Assembly: GCA_964016885.1 (NCBI GenBank)
Contig: OZ024740.1
Coordinates: 145,700,001-145,764,000, forward strand
DNA: 64,000 nt
Direction: 5' to 3'
Origin: Eledone cirrhosa
Lineage: Eukaryota
Every line of letters starts with the position of its first letter. The stretch's first letter is position 1. Both the position numbers and the translations under genes were made by a program. The notes under the pieces were generated by a model. It did not search any database, was not told the DNA's origin, and saw only the letters and a list, made by a program, of their open reading frames with translations. This document shows, piece after piece, positions 36,261 through 47,858 of the stretch.

Positions 36261-36852
36261 CATGAAAATAATACACTACTGATATTTCAGTAGTATATTT
36301 TTTTCAACCTGATAAACACAGGGAATAACCTCAAACAGCACAACAAAAATGAGCAAATAATAGTAACCATATCTCCCTCAATCACATCCTACCATCTTAG
36401 AAAAAGAACACAGATAATGTGATTATAGGAAAAAAACAAGATGGTCAAAGGTATGACTTGGAGTTCAACAACAACAACAACCATGCAATAGCTCCACCAA
36501 GTTAGAGCTGACCAGAGTCTACAGAGTAACCATTCCTTCTATTAGGTACTAGTGAAAGCAAAAGGGAATTTCCAAAATTTAAAAGCTTTATGCCAATATA
36601 TATATATAGTTTGACTTGGTAGAAATATGAAGATATATATGCCAATGAATTAAATTGTAGAACTTCAGGATTATGAAGCTTAAAATCTGGTATATCACAT
36701 GAAGAAATTTCCAATGCTAACCCAGTCAAGCATACAAGTTAGTCATAAGCTTTGTAGAAAGCTTTAGTTTTTTTTTTTTTCTAAAAGACAAGTTACTATG
36801 CTGCCATAAATTAAACAAGTTTACACATTCAAAGACTCACATGTGCTTTTAA

Positions 36853-37073
36853 CCCTTTAGCATTTAAACTGGCCATATCCAATTAGAATTCTCTCACCTT
36901 TTTCTGTTCAAACCGGTCTCAACCGACTGCTCATAACAACATTAAGGTATTGTTCTCAAAATAAATAATATCAAAATCTTGTAGATTCCATAAAATGTGA
37001 GATAACCATGGGAAGTAAAGCCTTTTCTGTGAAAATACAATAGTAAATATAGACTAATGTAAATGCTAAAGGG
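36853..37073 (+). mobile_element. piggyBac-type MITE family 1
   Basis: TTAA at 36849 and 37074, with perfect TIR CCCTTTAGCATTTA. Confidence 0.9.
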
Positions 37074-37077
37074 TTAA

Positions 37078-37296
37078 CCCTTTAATGTTCAAACCGGCCA
37101 AAACCGGCCAGAATTCTCTACCTCTTTCTGTTGAAACTGGCTGTAACTGGTCACTCAAACTGATGTTAAGGTATTGTTCTCAAAATAAATACTTTCAAAA
37201 TCTCATAGATTCAATATTATGTGAGATATTATGTGAGGTAAAGCCTTTACCATGAAAATATAATAGTATATATAGAGTAATGTGAATGTTTAAGGG
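37078..37296 (+). mobile_element. piggyBac-type MITE family 1, in tandem and sharing its TTAA with the previous copy
   Basis: Junction is AAAGGG-TTAA-CCCTTT. Full-length homology to the preceding copy. Confidence 0.85.
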
Positions 37297-39014
37297 AGAA
37301 ATTTTTTACCAGGGAATATATTTTCAAAATCCAAATCAAATCCAATACAGCTAATATAACTTGCTTTCCATTTGAGGTTTTAAAAATATTGAGTTTTGTA
37401 AATATAGCTACTAAGAAAACTGTTTGAATTTACTTATTAATAATCTAGGATTGTTCAAACAATATATTTCTCTATATTCACCATAAAACAGATAGGATAT
37501 AAACATGAGAACTTGGCACTTGTTTTTATTTCTGTGAATACAGTATCTATACAATGTCCATGTTTCCATTCAATATATAAAATGAAAATATTTGAATGTT
37601 ATCCATTTACTTTCCAAAGTTTATCTGAAGAATTTATTAACTAGAAATAGGAAAAAACTATTTGTAAAATGTACAATTTTGTTTTGCTACTCATTCAAAT
37701 TTCAATTACACTAACTTAAACATCTAAATCTCATCATGTAGCCTTTTTCTTTCTTAGTAAACTAACCATGGTGGTGAAACCATTGCCTTGTAAAGTTTGT
37801 ACAGAAAATACCGTATATAGACATATAAAAGCCAAGAAATATGTACAAAAAAAAAAATTGATGGTAAAATGTGGGGGAGGGGGTTATATTTGAGGTCAAT
37901 ATTTTGCTGATTTTCACCAACTTCAAAATTCTACATAAATGAAGTGCTAAGATGAATATTACACCAGTTTCACTTTGGAGGTGAAGTTCATATTTCCTAT
38001 TGCTTTTGATGTTTTGAATGAAATGGCTGGAAATTTGTAAAAAAAAATGAAAGTAATGGAGTTGTGAAACAAAAGCTATACTCTAAATGATACTTAGATA
38101 CTTGTGAAAAAGAAACTTCTAAGATTGGTGAATATGCAATATCCAAGATATCCATTCAAGACAAATACAGAAATTCAAGCCCTTAGTAAGAAGAAATTCT
38201 TTCAAATTGAACAGTTGCAACTGATTATGTTTATATTGGTTCTGTTTTCTAGATAAACTAAAGTTTAATCACATAAATTTCTGTACTTTTTTCAGATTTT
38301 ATATTGAAGCTGAAATTACAATCAGAAATTGTAGTATTGTTCTGCTTGAATCTAATCATTCAATCATCAAATAGAACTAATATTTATATTTTCAGCTATA
38401 TTCACTGAAACAACATATTTAAATTAAGGCTATACTAAAAAAAAATTGATGGCAGGGATTGAAATTATGACCTTATGATCAACAGTCAGCTGTCTAACCA
38501 TCAAGTCACTGAAACATCTGGCAAAAAAAAAATGATAAGCTCAATTTACCATGATTCTCAGAAAAGTAAATTGGGATGCAAGATAACTGTTGTAAGGAAA
38601 TGATAGTGATATGAACATGTGGGAAAAAAAAAAGAAAGATACTGAGAACCAAGTGAACAGACAAAATGGATTAGTAGTAAGCAAGTAGAAGTAAGCTAAA
38701 GGAAGTTTCTAATAAGGCAATTTCTAGAAGAATTCGATAAGATTTCACTAATAGAGAGAATAACTATACAATAAAGTTTAAGGATCAGCAACAAATTAAT
38801 GTGCAGATGTTGATGGCTTCAAATCATTATAGCAGTGTATGTATTATTATTTAAATTTCTCAACTGCAGTAATTGTAAATGTGAGGCATTTCAACAAAGC
38901 AAGTAGTAAACATTCACAATGATTATGACAGAATCTATTAATATAGTTTTCAGTCTGTTTTCTGTTTGTCTGTCACCCTAGGAACGCTAAAAATATTCTG
39001 ACTGAATTACATAA

Positions 39015-39017
<3 letters not shown>

Positions 39018-39063
<46 letters not shown>
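39018..39063. repeat. (TA)n microsatellite
   Basis: Directly visible. Confidence 0.95.
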
Positions 39064-39067
<4 letters not shown>

Positions 39068-39624
39068 GAGTGGAGTGCAGACTGTTTAATATATACATAT
39101 TTTTTTAATACAGGAACTTATGAATGAAGAATGAATGCTTACAGCGTTTGTATGAAGTTACATTTTCTTTTCACTCTTCTTTCTTTTTGATGAATGGAAT
39201 GTACATAAGAAAATATATTCTGAATTCCAATTTCTGGTATTTATACATTTTTTATTTATTTACCCACAGTCGCAAAAGTATACTCACAAAACTAACTACC
39301 ATACAATGGGTAACACTATTATTCATAATAATTGAATAAACCAAATCCTTGGATGCGCACTTACAAATACCATATTGGGGTACAATTTGAAGTATAAAGT
39401 TTGTTTTTGCTTTTGATTTGCCTGTCATTAGAGATGTTTATATTTCAATACTAGGCACCTATTCAATACAAGGATATCAAAAACAAACTTTCTTTTTATT
39501 TACATTTGACTTCCTGTCGGATGAAAACGCATTGAATAATTTTTGATGCCTTTGAAATATGCACAACGGGATAATGTAATGAAATAAACCAATGTTGAAT
39601 ATGTGATACTATCTCCCTTTCCTT

Positions 39625-40802
39625 GGGTAAAAGAGATGCACTAGATAGAGGAAACTATAGAGGCATCAAGTTAATGGACCAGGTCATGAAAATAACAGAA
39701 AGAGTTTAGCACAACTGATTAGGGACTGGATAAATCTAGATAAGATGCAGTTCAGATTTGTACCAGGCAAAAGCACCACAGATGCTCTATTCCAGGTGAA
39801 GCAGCTACAGAAAAAGTACCTAGCTAAAAGTATGCCACTCTACCTGGCATTTGTTGATCAGGTGAAAGCTTTTGATAGAGTGTCCCATGCCATAATCTGG
39901 TGGGCTCTTAGTAAAAAAATATTAGATGAGTGGCTTGTGAAGGCCGTACAAGCCATGTATAGGGGAGCAGTCAGCAAAGTTAGGATTAATGACTAGAGCA
40001 AGGAATTTAGTGTGCAGGTTGGCATCCACCAAGGCCCTATTCTTAGTCTTCTCTTTATTATTGTACTGCAGGCTATAACAGCAGAGTTTAAGACCGGTTG
40101 CCCATGGAAACTCCTGTACACAGAATCTTACACTCATAGCTGAGTCTATGGTGGAACTAGAGAAGAAATTCCAAAAATGGAAGCAGGGCCAAGAAACAAA
40201 GGGGTTAAAGTCAACCTGACAACAAAGACTAAAGTCCTAGTATGTAGAAGAGACAACAGAGCCCTGATCCCCTCGGAGAAAATGGTCTTGATCAGTATGT
40301 AGGAAAGGTGTAGGTAGAAATTCCATCCTCTGTCCCAAAGCAAACTATGGGTGCACAGGAGATGTAGTGGGATCCCAGGAAGTTTAACTAAGAATGTAGA
40401 TTTTACATGTAGCCGTTGTACCAGAGCAGTAAACAGCAAACGACCACAGGAAATAAGTGCTATCAAATTCTGGGAAGGTTCAGTAGAAGCAGTAGACAGC
40501 TTCTGTTACCTGGGTGACCAAATTAGCAGCGGAGGTGGATGTTCTGAAAATACAGTAGCCAGAGTGAGAACAGGATTGATAAAGTTCAGGGAGTTACTAC
40601 CACTGGTAGCTACAAAAGGCTTTCCCTCAAAATGAAAAGCAGACTGTATGATGCATGCATATGAACAGCAATGTTGCATAATAGTGGGACCTGGGCGCTG
40701 TGTGCAGATGAGTTGCGTAGATTAGAAAGAAATGAAGCCTGCATGCTCCAATAGATGTGTAATAGTAACATACGTGACCGGCAAAGCCTAAACAAACTGA
40801 GA
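39625..40802 (+). mobile_element. Degenerate RTE RT/PHD fragment
   Basis: DALDRGNYRGIKL, MQFRFVPGKSTTDA, HRRCSG..FTCSRC and FCYLGD motifs, with frameshifts. Confidence 0.9.
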
Positions 40803-43800
40803 TATATATATTGCTATTATATATAATAGCAAGAGAGAAAGAGAGAGTATTAAACTGGTCATCTGTGGCAGTATAGCTTTCTTACAAGGCCAATATGGAG
40901 CCCTCTTAAATCCCTATTGCCTTAACAATCAACCTTTCCACTCTTCACCTTTCTATCAAGTATCTTCTTTCTGTCATCTATAATTATTTCAGCTTATCTA
41001 TTGGCAACTCTACATACCTACCCAAGTCTTCACTATCCTTTCCACTTTATACAGTTTTCTAACAGCTTCTTTTCTAATAAAAAGAAAACACCATTACTTA
41101 TATGAACTGGAGACGAGGGGTGGGGGACAATACAGTCTTATGAATAACTTCCAGTTGTCAAAGTACAGATGCTGATAAATCGCTTTTAATAATACTTCTG
41201 ACTAATGTCACGTACTCAACATAACCATGATGCCTGAAGAAAAATGTACTTTGCACCTGAACAGTTGCTCACTTATTACAGAGCTTTAATTGATCCTACC
41301 CAAAAAATACGTTAATCCCAAAGTCAGCAATATTTCAAGTAGAATCTGGGGCAGCTTCAGATAGTTTGGTATCAAAAGGGCTAACAATCCCACTGTTGAC
41401 TCACTAATATTTTCTTTTTGCTCCTTGATGAACAGCTATTTTCTCTTCTGAATCTAGATCTCAAAAAACATTTCAGCAAAACTATTTGTTTGCATCTGAG
41501 CTATATCAGTCTACAGTGACCAACAGCAAACAAACTCTACAATCTTTCCTTCCATCCTTTGAAATGACCATTACATCCATACAACAGAAATCATTTAATA
41601 TATTTATACCTATCCAGATCACACATAAGCAGATTTAATCGTTTTAGCGAGTAACACCTGTTGAAAACCATTTTCATATCTATCAAATAACCATTATAGT
41701 GCAATGGCACTGGTCTGTTATTATAGAATTAAATCGTTTTTTATTATTATTATTCATCTGATGTATATTTTAAACAAATTTTGGAGAACGGTGTATCTTT
41801 ATATTTTTAGTCTGCTAGGCAACTAATGAAATAATCTAAGCCTCCATAGCCTAAGTTGATAGTACTGATTAATTAACAAGTGATCCATTTAGAAAACGAT
41901 ATTTACATTTTTTAAAACTTACATAAAATATATATTTTATGTCACTTTACCTGTGTGGTTATGAAAACTGAAAAACGTAAAATGGTGCTGTCCAAAGACA
42001 AGAAAACGACTATAGTGGGTTTAAACTAAAAATCCACGAGTTATTAATCCAATATTTTACATATATTTAAAAATAAGAATCAACAGATTCTTACAAAAAT
42101 CAACTAATTTGAAGAAACTTTATATGGCTAATTAATAACACATTCCTTCCATATTTAATATTTTATTATTATTGTGCATTAAAAGATATAACAGTTGTAA
42201 CACAAATTTAACTATTCGATCCTAGCATTTTAGTATCAAACTACTGTTGCATTTCTTCAATCCCTCTCTTGGCTTCCTGAAAATAGCTAGTGCTTTTTAC
42301 CTCACCCTTATTTAAAATTCAAAAATCAACTTCCATGAGTTGAGCTAAAAGAGAGCTAGCACCCTTTAAAACAAATATTTTTAATCTGGTTAAATGATAT
42401 TTAACTAGAAAGGTAGGAAGTCGCCTTTGTTTATTTTCTATCCAACTTAAACACTACATGATACAGCATATTTTAAAGTAAATAATATACATCAATAAGG
42501 ACTGAAGTTATAATTTAAAAACAAAAAGAAATTAACGGCGAAACATCTTTATTAATCATAAGATGGTTGATGGTTTCGAACAAATAACGGAATTATTATT
42601 GTAGTAGTGAAAATTTCAGTGACTTCTATATGACAACCAGCTGAAGAGAGAGTAGAACCATTAAATAGACACTAAATTAAATCTAAAGTTTACATAATGC
42701 TAAAACCTTTATTTTATTGAACAAATTTCAATTGACATTAAAGAATAAAGTAACTCGGATGTAAGCTTAAATACTACAGAAACAGAGAGACACACAATTT
42801 CAAGAAGATGTAGAAGGGTATTACATTTTTTTAACTTACGCTCAAGAGACTAATACACTTTTCAGTCCCATGTTCTAGAAAGAGTACAGTCAGAAAATTA
42901 CTCATCACACTTGTTCAATAAAATTGCAACAATGTGATATTTTTAATAGTAAGGTTTTAACTGGATGTCTGTTAGCCATTCATTCAGTGCATTGCTGACA
43001 GCAAAACAAGGGGATATAGTTTTCTCGTCACTATTCTGTCATCTAATGATCACTAATATTCTATCAAGTGTCCACTACAAAATACCCAGGTGTCCATTCA
43101 ATGGCTTTACAGTAATATATTCGTTATCAATTTCTAAAAATTCAGAGTATAAAGACTATAATTTTGTCTTTTAAACATTCGATACAATTCACTGCCAATA
43201 CCAACCGAAAAAAAGCTATTCTTGATTTTAGTCTTCTGATCATAAAGCCCCACCCTAGAAAATGACAATTCTTACACTCAACATTATTACAACTACAAGA
43301 TGTGATGATGAGTTCACAGTTAGATACAGATGATGAGTTCACAGTTAGATACAGATAAGCAAATGCTAAAAATATTGTTGCTAGAGGAATGGTAGCAAAA
43401 AATAAATAAATAAAATAAAAACTTTATATTCATGAGAATGACATTAACATTTCTCAGCAGAAATGTTTTTTTTTTTGGGGGGGGGGGACAAAACACTAGA
43501 TATTTAGGAAACTAGCGGGGGGGGGGGTGAACAAATGCAACAATTAAGCCCTTGTTACTAGATATCGATTAATTATTTCACAAATTTCCAAATAAACTGA
43601 GGTGATCATACTATTACAAAGATAGTGAACGATTTAATTTGTAATGACATTTTGACGAATCTCGAAATCGCTGAAATAATCTATATTCCATTTTTACAAA
43701 AGGAGTAACTAATCGACAGCACTAACCAGATAGGAGATAATTAGACTTTAGACTAGTTACCTATTATAGATAATGTATATAAGAAATATATAAAGTTTTA

Positions 43801-44457
43801 ACAAGAAATGATTAGAACAATAAAAGTTGCTATATGCCAGAATAAATCTAATCTACATTTAAATCTGATCGTCTCGGTTAGGGAGATTGCAAAAACAAGG
43901 CGGGCGATACATGTCACAACAGAAGAAATAGACTACCCGAAAAACAGCAGTTATGAGTGACAGATAATACACTCACTAACACACACCATACATCTACCTA
44001 CATCCGTGTGTGATATGATATATATATATATATATATATGTGTGTGTATGTGTGTTATTTATATGAGTGCGTACATCACATACACGTGTGTGCTACATTA
44101 TTTAAAAGTAAAACACTGAAACTAGAAATTAAAATATATCGATATCAAGGAAGATGTAATAAAGAAAAAACGGATACCGAAAGTAGTATACTTAGCTAAT
44201 TGAAAATGCACTACATACAATCAAACAAATATTGACAACACCACTAACAGCAACAATAGAAATAAATAGAAATGAAAAGTTTTTTCCTGTGAATATATTC
44301 ACAAAAGATGTAACTAGCAATCGTATCCCAGTTTGGGAAGTCCTCAAAAAGAGGTTTTACAAGTTCCAGATACGAAATTATTGTTTGATTTATTCAACTT
44401 TTGACGCCATATAAAACTATGTGAAATAATAATTATTATTACTACTATTATCATATA

Positions 44458-44512
<55 letters not shown>

Positions 44513-45864
44513 TTGTGTACCGTTTCATTCTCGACAGTGCTATTTTTTCATTGCTTTTTCATACATGCTTTAAACATTAGTCACTTGCAAATTTATAAAT
44601 TTTAAGTAAAAAAAAGTATGTACGAACATTTCATTAAATGACAATGATAAAAAGAGGAAAGACAGTGTCAGTTTTGAAAAATAAAAGTCTCAACATGGAA
44701 AAGGGGTCCAGATTTCAGTATTCGGGGACACATAAAGCTTAGTTAGTGGCAGGAAAGCTATCATCCTTTCAAATCAGTAGTCACAGACAGACCACTTGGT
44801 GAACGTAAGGCTGGTGTTAGAAGGAAAGAAATGTATTCATGCACGCATGAGAAAGAAGTTATGATTAAAGATCAAGTACAATGTATTTTAATTAAATTGA
44901 TATTTTGAATAAATAATATTATAACTTGCCTTAAGAAAGAGCTGAAATCCAAGGTCGAGATTTTGAACTCCAAATCCTTCGCCACTGAAAGACTACATAT
45001 TTTGTTGAAGTAGGCTTTCATTAAAGACAACTCAACCACTTTCTCGTGAGTTCTGTCCAAACGTAGGATGCATGTAACAAAATACAGCTATCTTTAAGCT
45101 TCAATTTAACTAATTTGCCATATGGAGGTGGGCAAATTTAAAACTCGTCTATGATAACAAGCTTTCAGCTTATCTTGTAGACTGACAAGAATTTCAGTAA
45201 AATTTTCCGGGATATAAGTCAGTCTTTCATCGAAGATAATGTGATAAATAGTACATATAAGTTAATCCGGTATAATGTATTAGAATTGAAGGCAATGACA
45301 ACTTGAATTTTAAAACAAGATGCGATAAATTTTGAGTGTTTCAAGCAGTTTCTTCCGCCATGATGTCAGCTTTTATGACTAATGTGTTGCGGGTATCGGA
45401 AAACACTCGAATTGAGTTTTTATTTAAATTCCAGTAGTGACAAGTCTTCTCATCGATAAAATGATTTTACCACTTGTAAATTGGTTGTCAAAGTAATTGC
45501 TAATATACATGAGGGTTGTCGGCAATATTTTATAGAACTACTTTTCACTATGTGAGTTCGCCAAGTTAGTACTACGCCAAGAACAGATAACTCTAGTTTT
45601 CCTTTGAAAGAAGTATTCTCCAAGAAATGTGCTATTATAATTCCTTTCGCATCTGGGATGTCTAATAGGAATCGATGCCTTTATGTGGCAGGTACTTTAT
45701 TTAATGGACCCAAGAAGGATGAAAGTCTAATTCGACTTTGGTCGAATTTGAACTCCGAATATAAAGGCTTTAACTATATTAAAATTGTACTCCTAGATAA
45801 CTAAGAATTGGATTTTTTTTTTAATTGAACATATTTCTTCACAATTGTACAAATAACATTGCCA

Positions 45865-46233
45865 CCTGAAAGTAGTTAAACTTAATTATTAAGCGGGTCT
45901 TGGCTCAGGTAAATATCCCCTCAATTCTAGAGCCAGCTGGATTATCCAGAGTTGATGGGAAGTGACTAGATGGTCTTTCCCTTTGTTCCTGGATAAGAGG
46001 TAGATGTCTTATTTGGGATGCCACAATCAGTGACTCTTTTGCTCCTTCCCACATCCTTGATGCTGCACAAAAAATCAGGGTCACTGCTTCCGTAGCTAAA
46101 TGAAATAAAATTCTAAAATATCAGTAAACTATTTTTCCAGGCTATGGCATTCAAGACATTTGGGGGAGCTGGGTCACTGACAACGAAGTTCTTGTCATCA
46201 TTGGTGACTCGCCTTACTGAGGTATCTGGTGAT
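45865..46233 (+). mobile_element. CRE-like non-LTR retrotransposon fragment (restriction-like endonuclease domain)
   Basis: Translates NLIIKRVLAQVNIPSILEPAGLSRVDGK*LDGLSLCSWIRGRCLIWDATISDSFAPSH, then FQAMAFKTFGGAG..RLTEVSGD. This fits the EP.GL.R.DGKRPDG..W..G..L.WD.T pattern. Confidence 0.8.
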
Positions 46234-46515
46234 AATAATAATAATAATGAAAATATTGTGGACAGTGCTCAGGTTCACTACAACTCATCAAAAGTGTATG
46301 TATAGTACATAGGGTAATGTACAAACGTCAGGAAAATGAACAGTGCATGAGTCATGATATACACGTGTGCATGTGTATGGAAGGGATACATCAGGTGTAG
46401 TTTTGGCGAATTTCGGGAAGCATGAGGGTTTTAAAGGATGCAGTGTCTCGGCAGCTAACAACTGGCGCAGGCAGTTTGTTCCATGCTTCAGCAAGTCTAA
46501 GCGTGAAAAAATGTT
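46234..46515 (-). mobile_element. CR1/L2-like LINE 3' end with (ATT)n tail
   Basis: The reverse complement encodes FFTLRLAEAWNKLPAPVVSCRDTASFK*-type terminus, then a UTR ending in (ATT)n at 46234-46248. Confidence 0.7.
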
Positions 46516-47823
46516 TAACTATGAGGATGCTTGATCGTTCAGTGCCTTAGCCTCGCTATCACCTGCAGCTTGTTGGCTTGCCTCGAAAAGTATTAGAGGT
46601 AGGCTCCAGCATCCTTTGTGGTGTGTGACTGATTGACACAGTGTTGAATTCATATTTTCTTTCGTTTTGATTCTATAATTCTATGTGAAATATTTGTGTG
46701 GTTCAACATTGAATATATTCTGGAAGAATTATAAATAATTTGTACTGTTATTTGACTATTTAAAGCAATACTTTATCCAGAAAAAATTTTCTGTTAAAGA
46801 TTTACAATCAATTTATTTGAACATTATTTCAGTATACTTATTTTCAATTCCGAAACTGAATAACTAGATAAGAAAATTATTTTTTAATATTTTTCATCAA
46901 ATATTTGGAAATCAAAAATTACTAAAGAAAAACACAAATTCATCAACAGCTCTTTCTGCATCATATTTATAGACTTTTTTCAATCTTTGGATAAGATGCC
47001 ATAATTCTAATGAGACAGCTTCAAGAAAGGTTCTTAGCAAAGAACAAATAATTCTACTGAAGAAGGAATCTGACAGAGTTACATTATCTATAGTCAAGTG
47101 ACCATAAAGAAACATAAGTGTAAATATACAACTAATGAGGGCTGCTCAAGTGGTTCTCAAATCAAAAATGCTGGAGTTCAGAATTCAATATATTTGAGAA
47201 CTTTATATGATAACTACTTTCTTCTCATTGCAGAATCAGTCAAAATGTGACAGATTCCTCCTCAGAATATCACTCCTCTGGAATTTCCTCCTTGCAGAAG
47301 TCTTTACTACAGCCATCATCTTGAAACTATTTATAAGGAATGTTCAGGATGTTGATCTCTACAGGCTCAGAAGCCTTGCAAAAGCCATGGGTACAGCCCC
47401 TAATAAATGTTTTTATTTAATACAAGCTTTTTCTCTCTCCCATCCCCACCCCCCACACAGTGTCTGTTGTTCTTTTACCCTAGACTCTTCCTTTTTCATA
47501 AATTTCTCCTTTCCATCCATTTTATTAATTTGCTTAATTTAGTGAAAAAATAATTTCTTCATAGTATCTACTTGGTTAAATATTTAATCTGGATTTGTTG
47601 CTGTGTTGAAACTACGACTATTATATTGCTGTAGAAACATAGTGTCCATTTTGAATACACATGCTAGTGTGGAAAAATAGATGTTAAACAGTGATAATGA
47701 TGATGCCCTATTACATTCACCTTACATTTTTACAATAGTATATATGAGTAATTATCAAAGTTGTTTATAATTGGATCAATCATATTCCCTTCAACTGTAT
47801 TTGTTTATTTCATATCAATATAA

Positions 47824-47857
<34 letters not shown>

Positions 47858-47858
<1 letters not shown>

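Noticed and set aside
37810-37895. Tc2/pogo-like terminal repeat (taccgtatat...)
   Set aside because: No matching opposite TIR was found, and the sequence is too degenerate.
43303-43356. 25-bp tandem duplication (similar 18-bp one at 32348-32383)
   Set aside because: Ordinary slippage duplications with no further structure.
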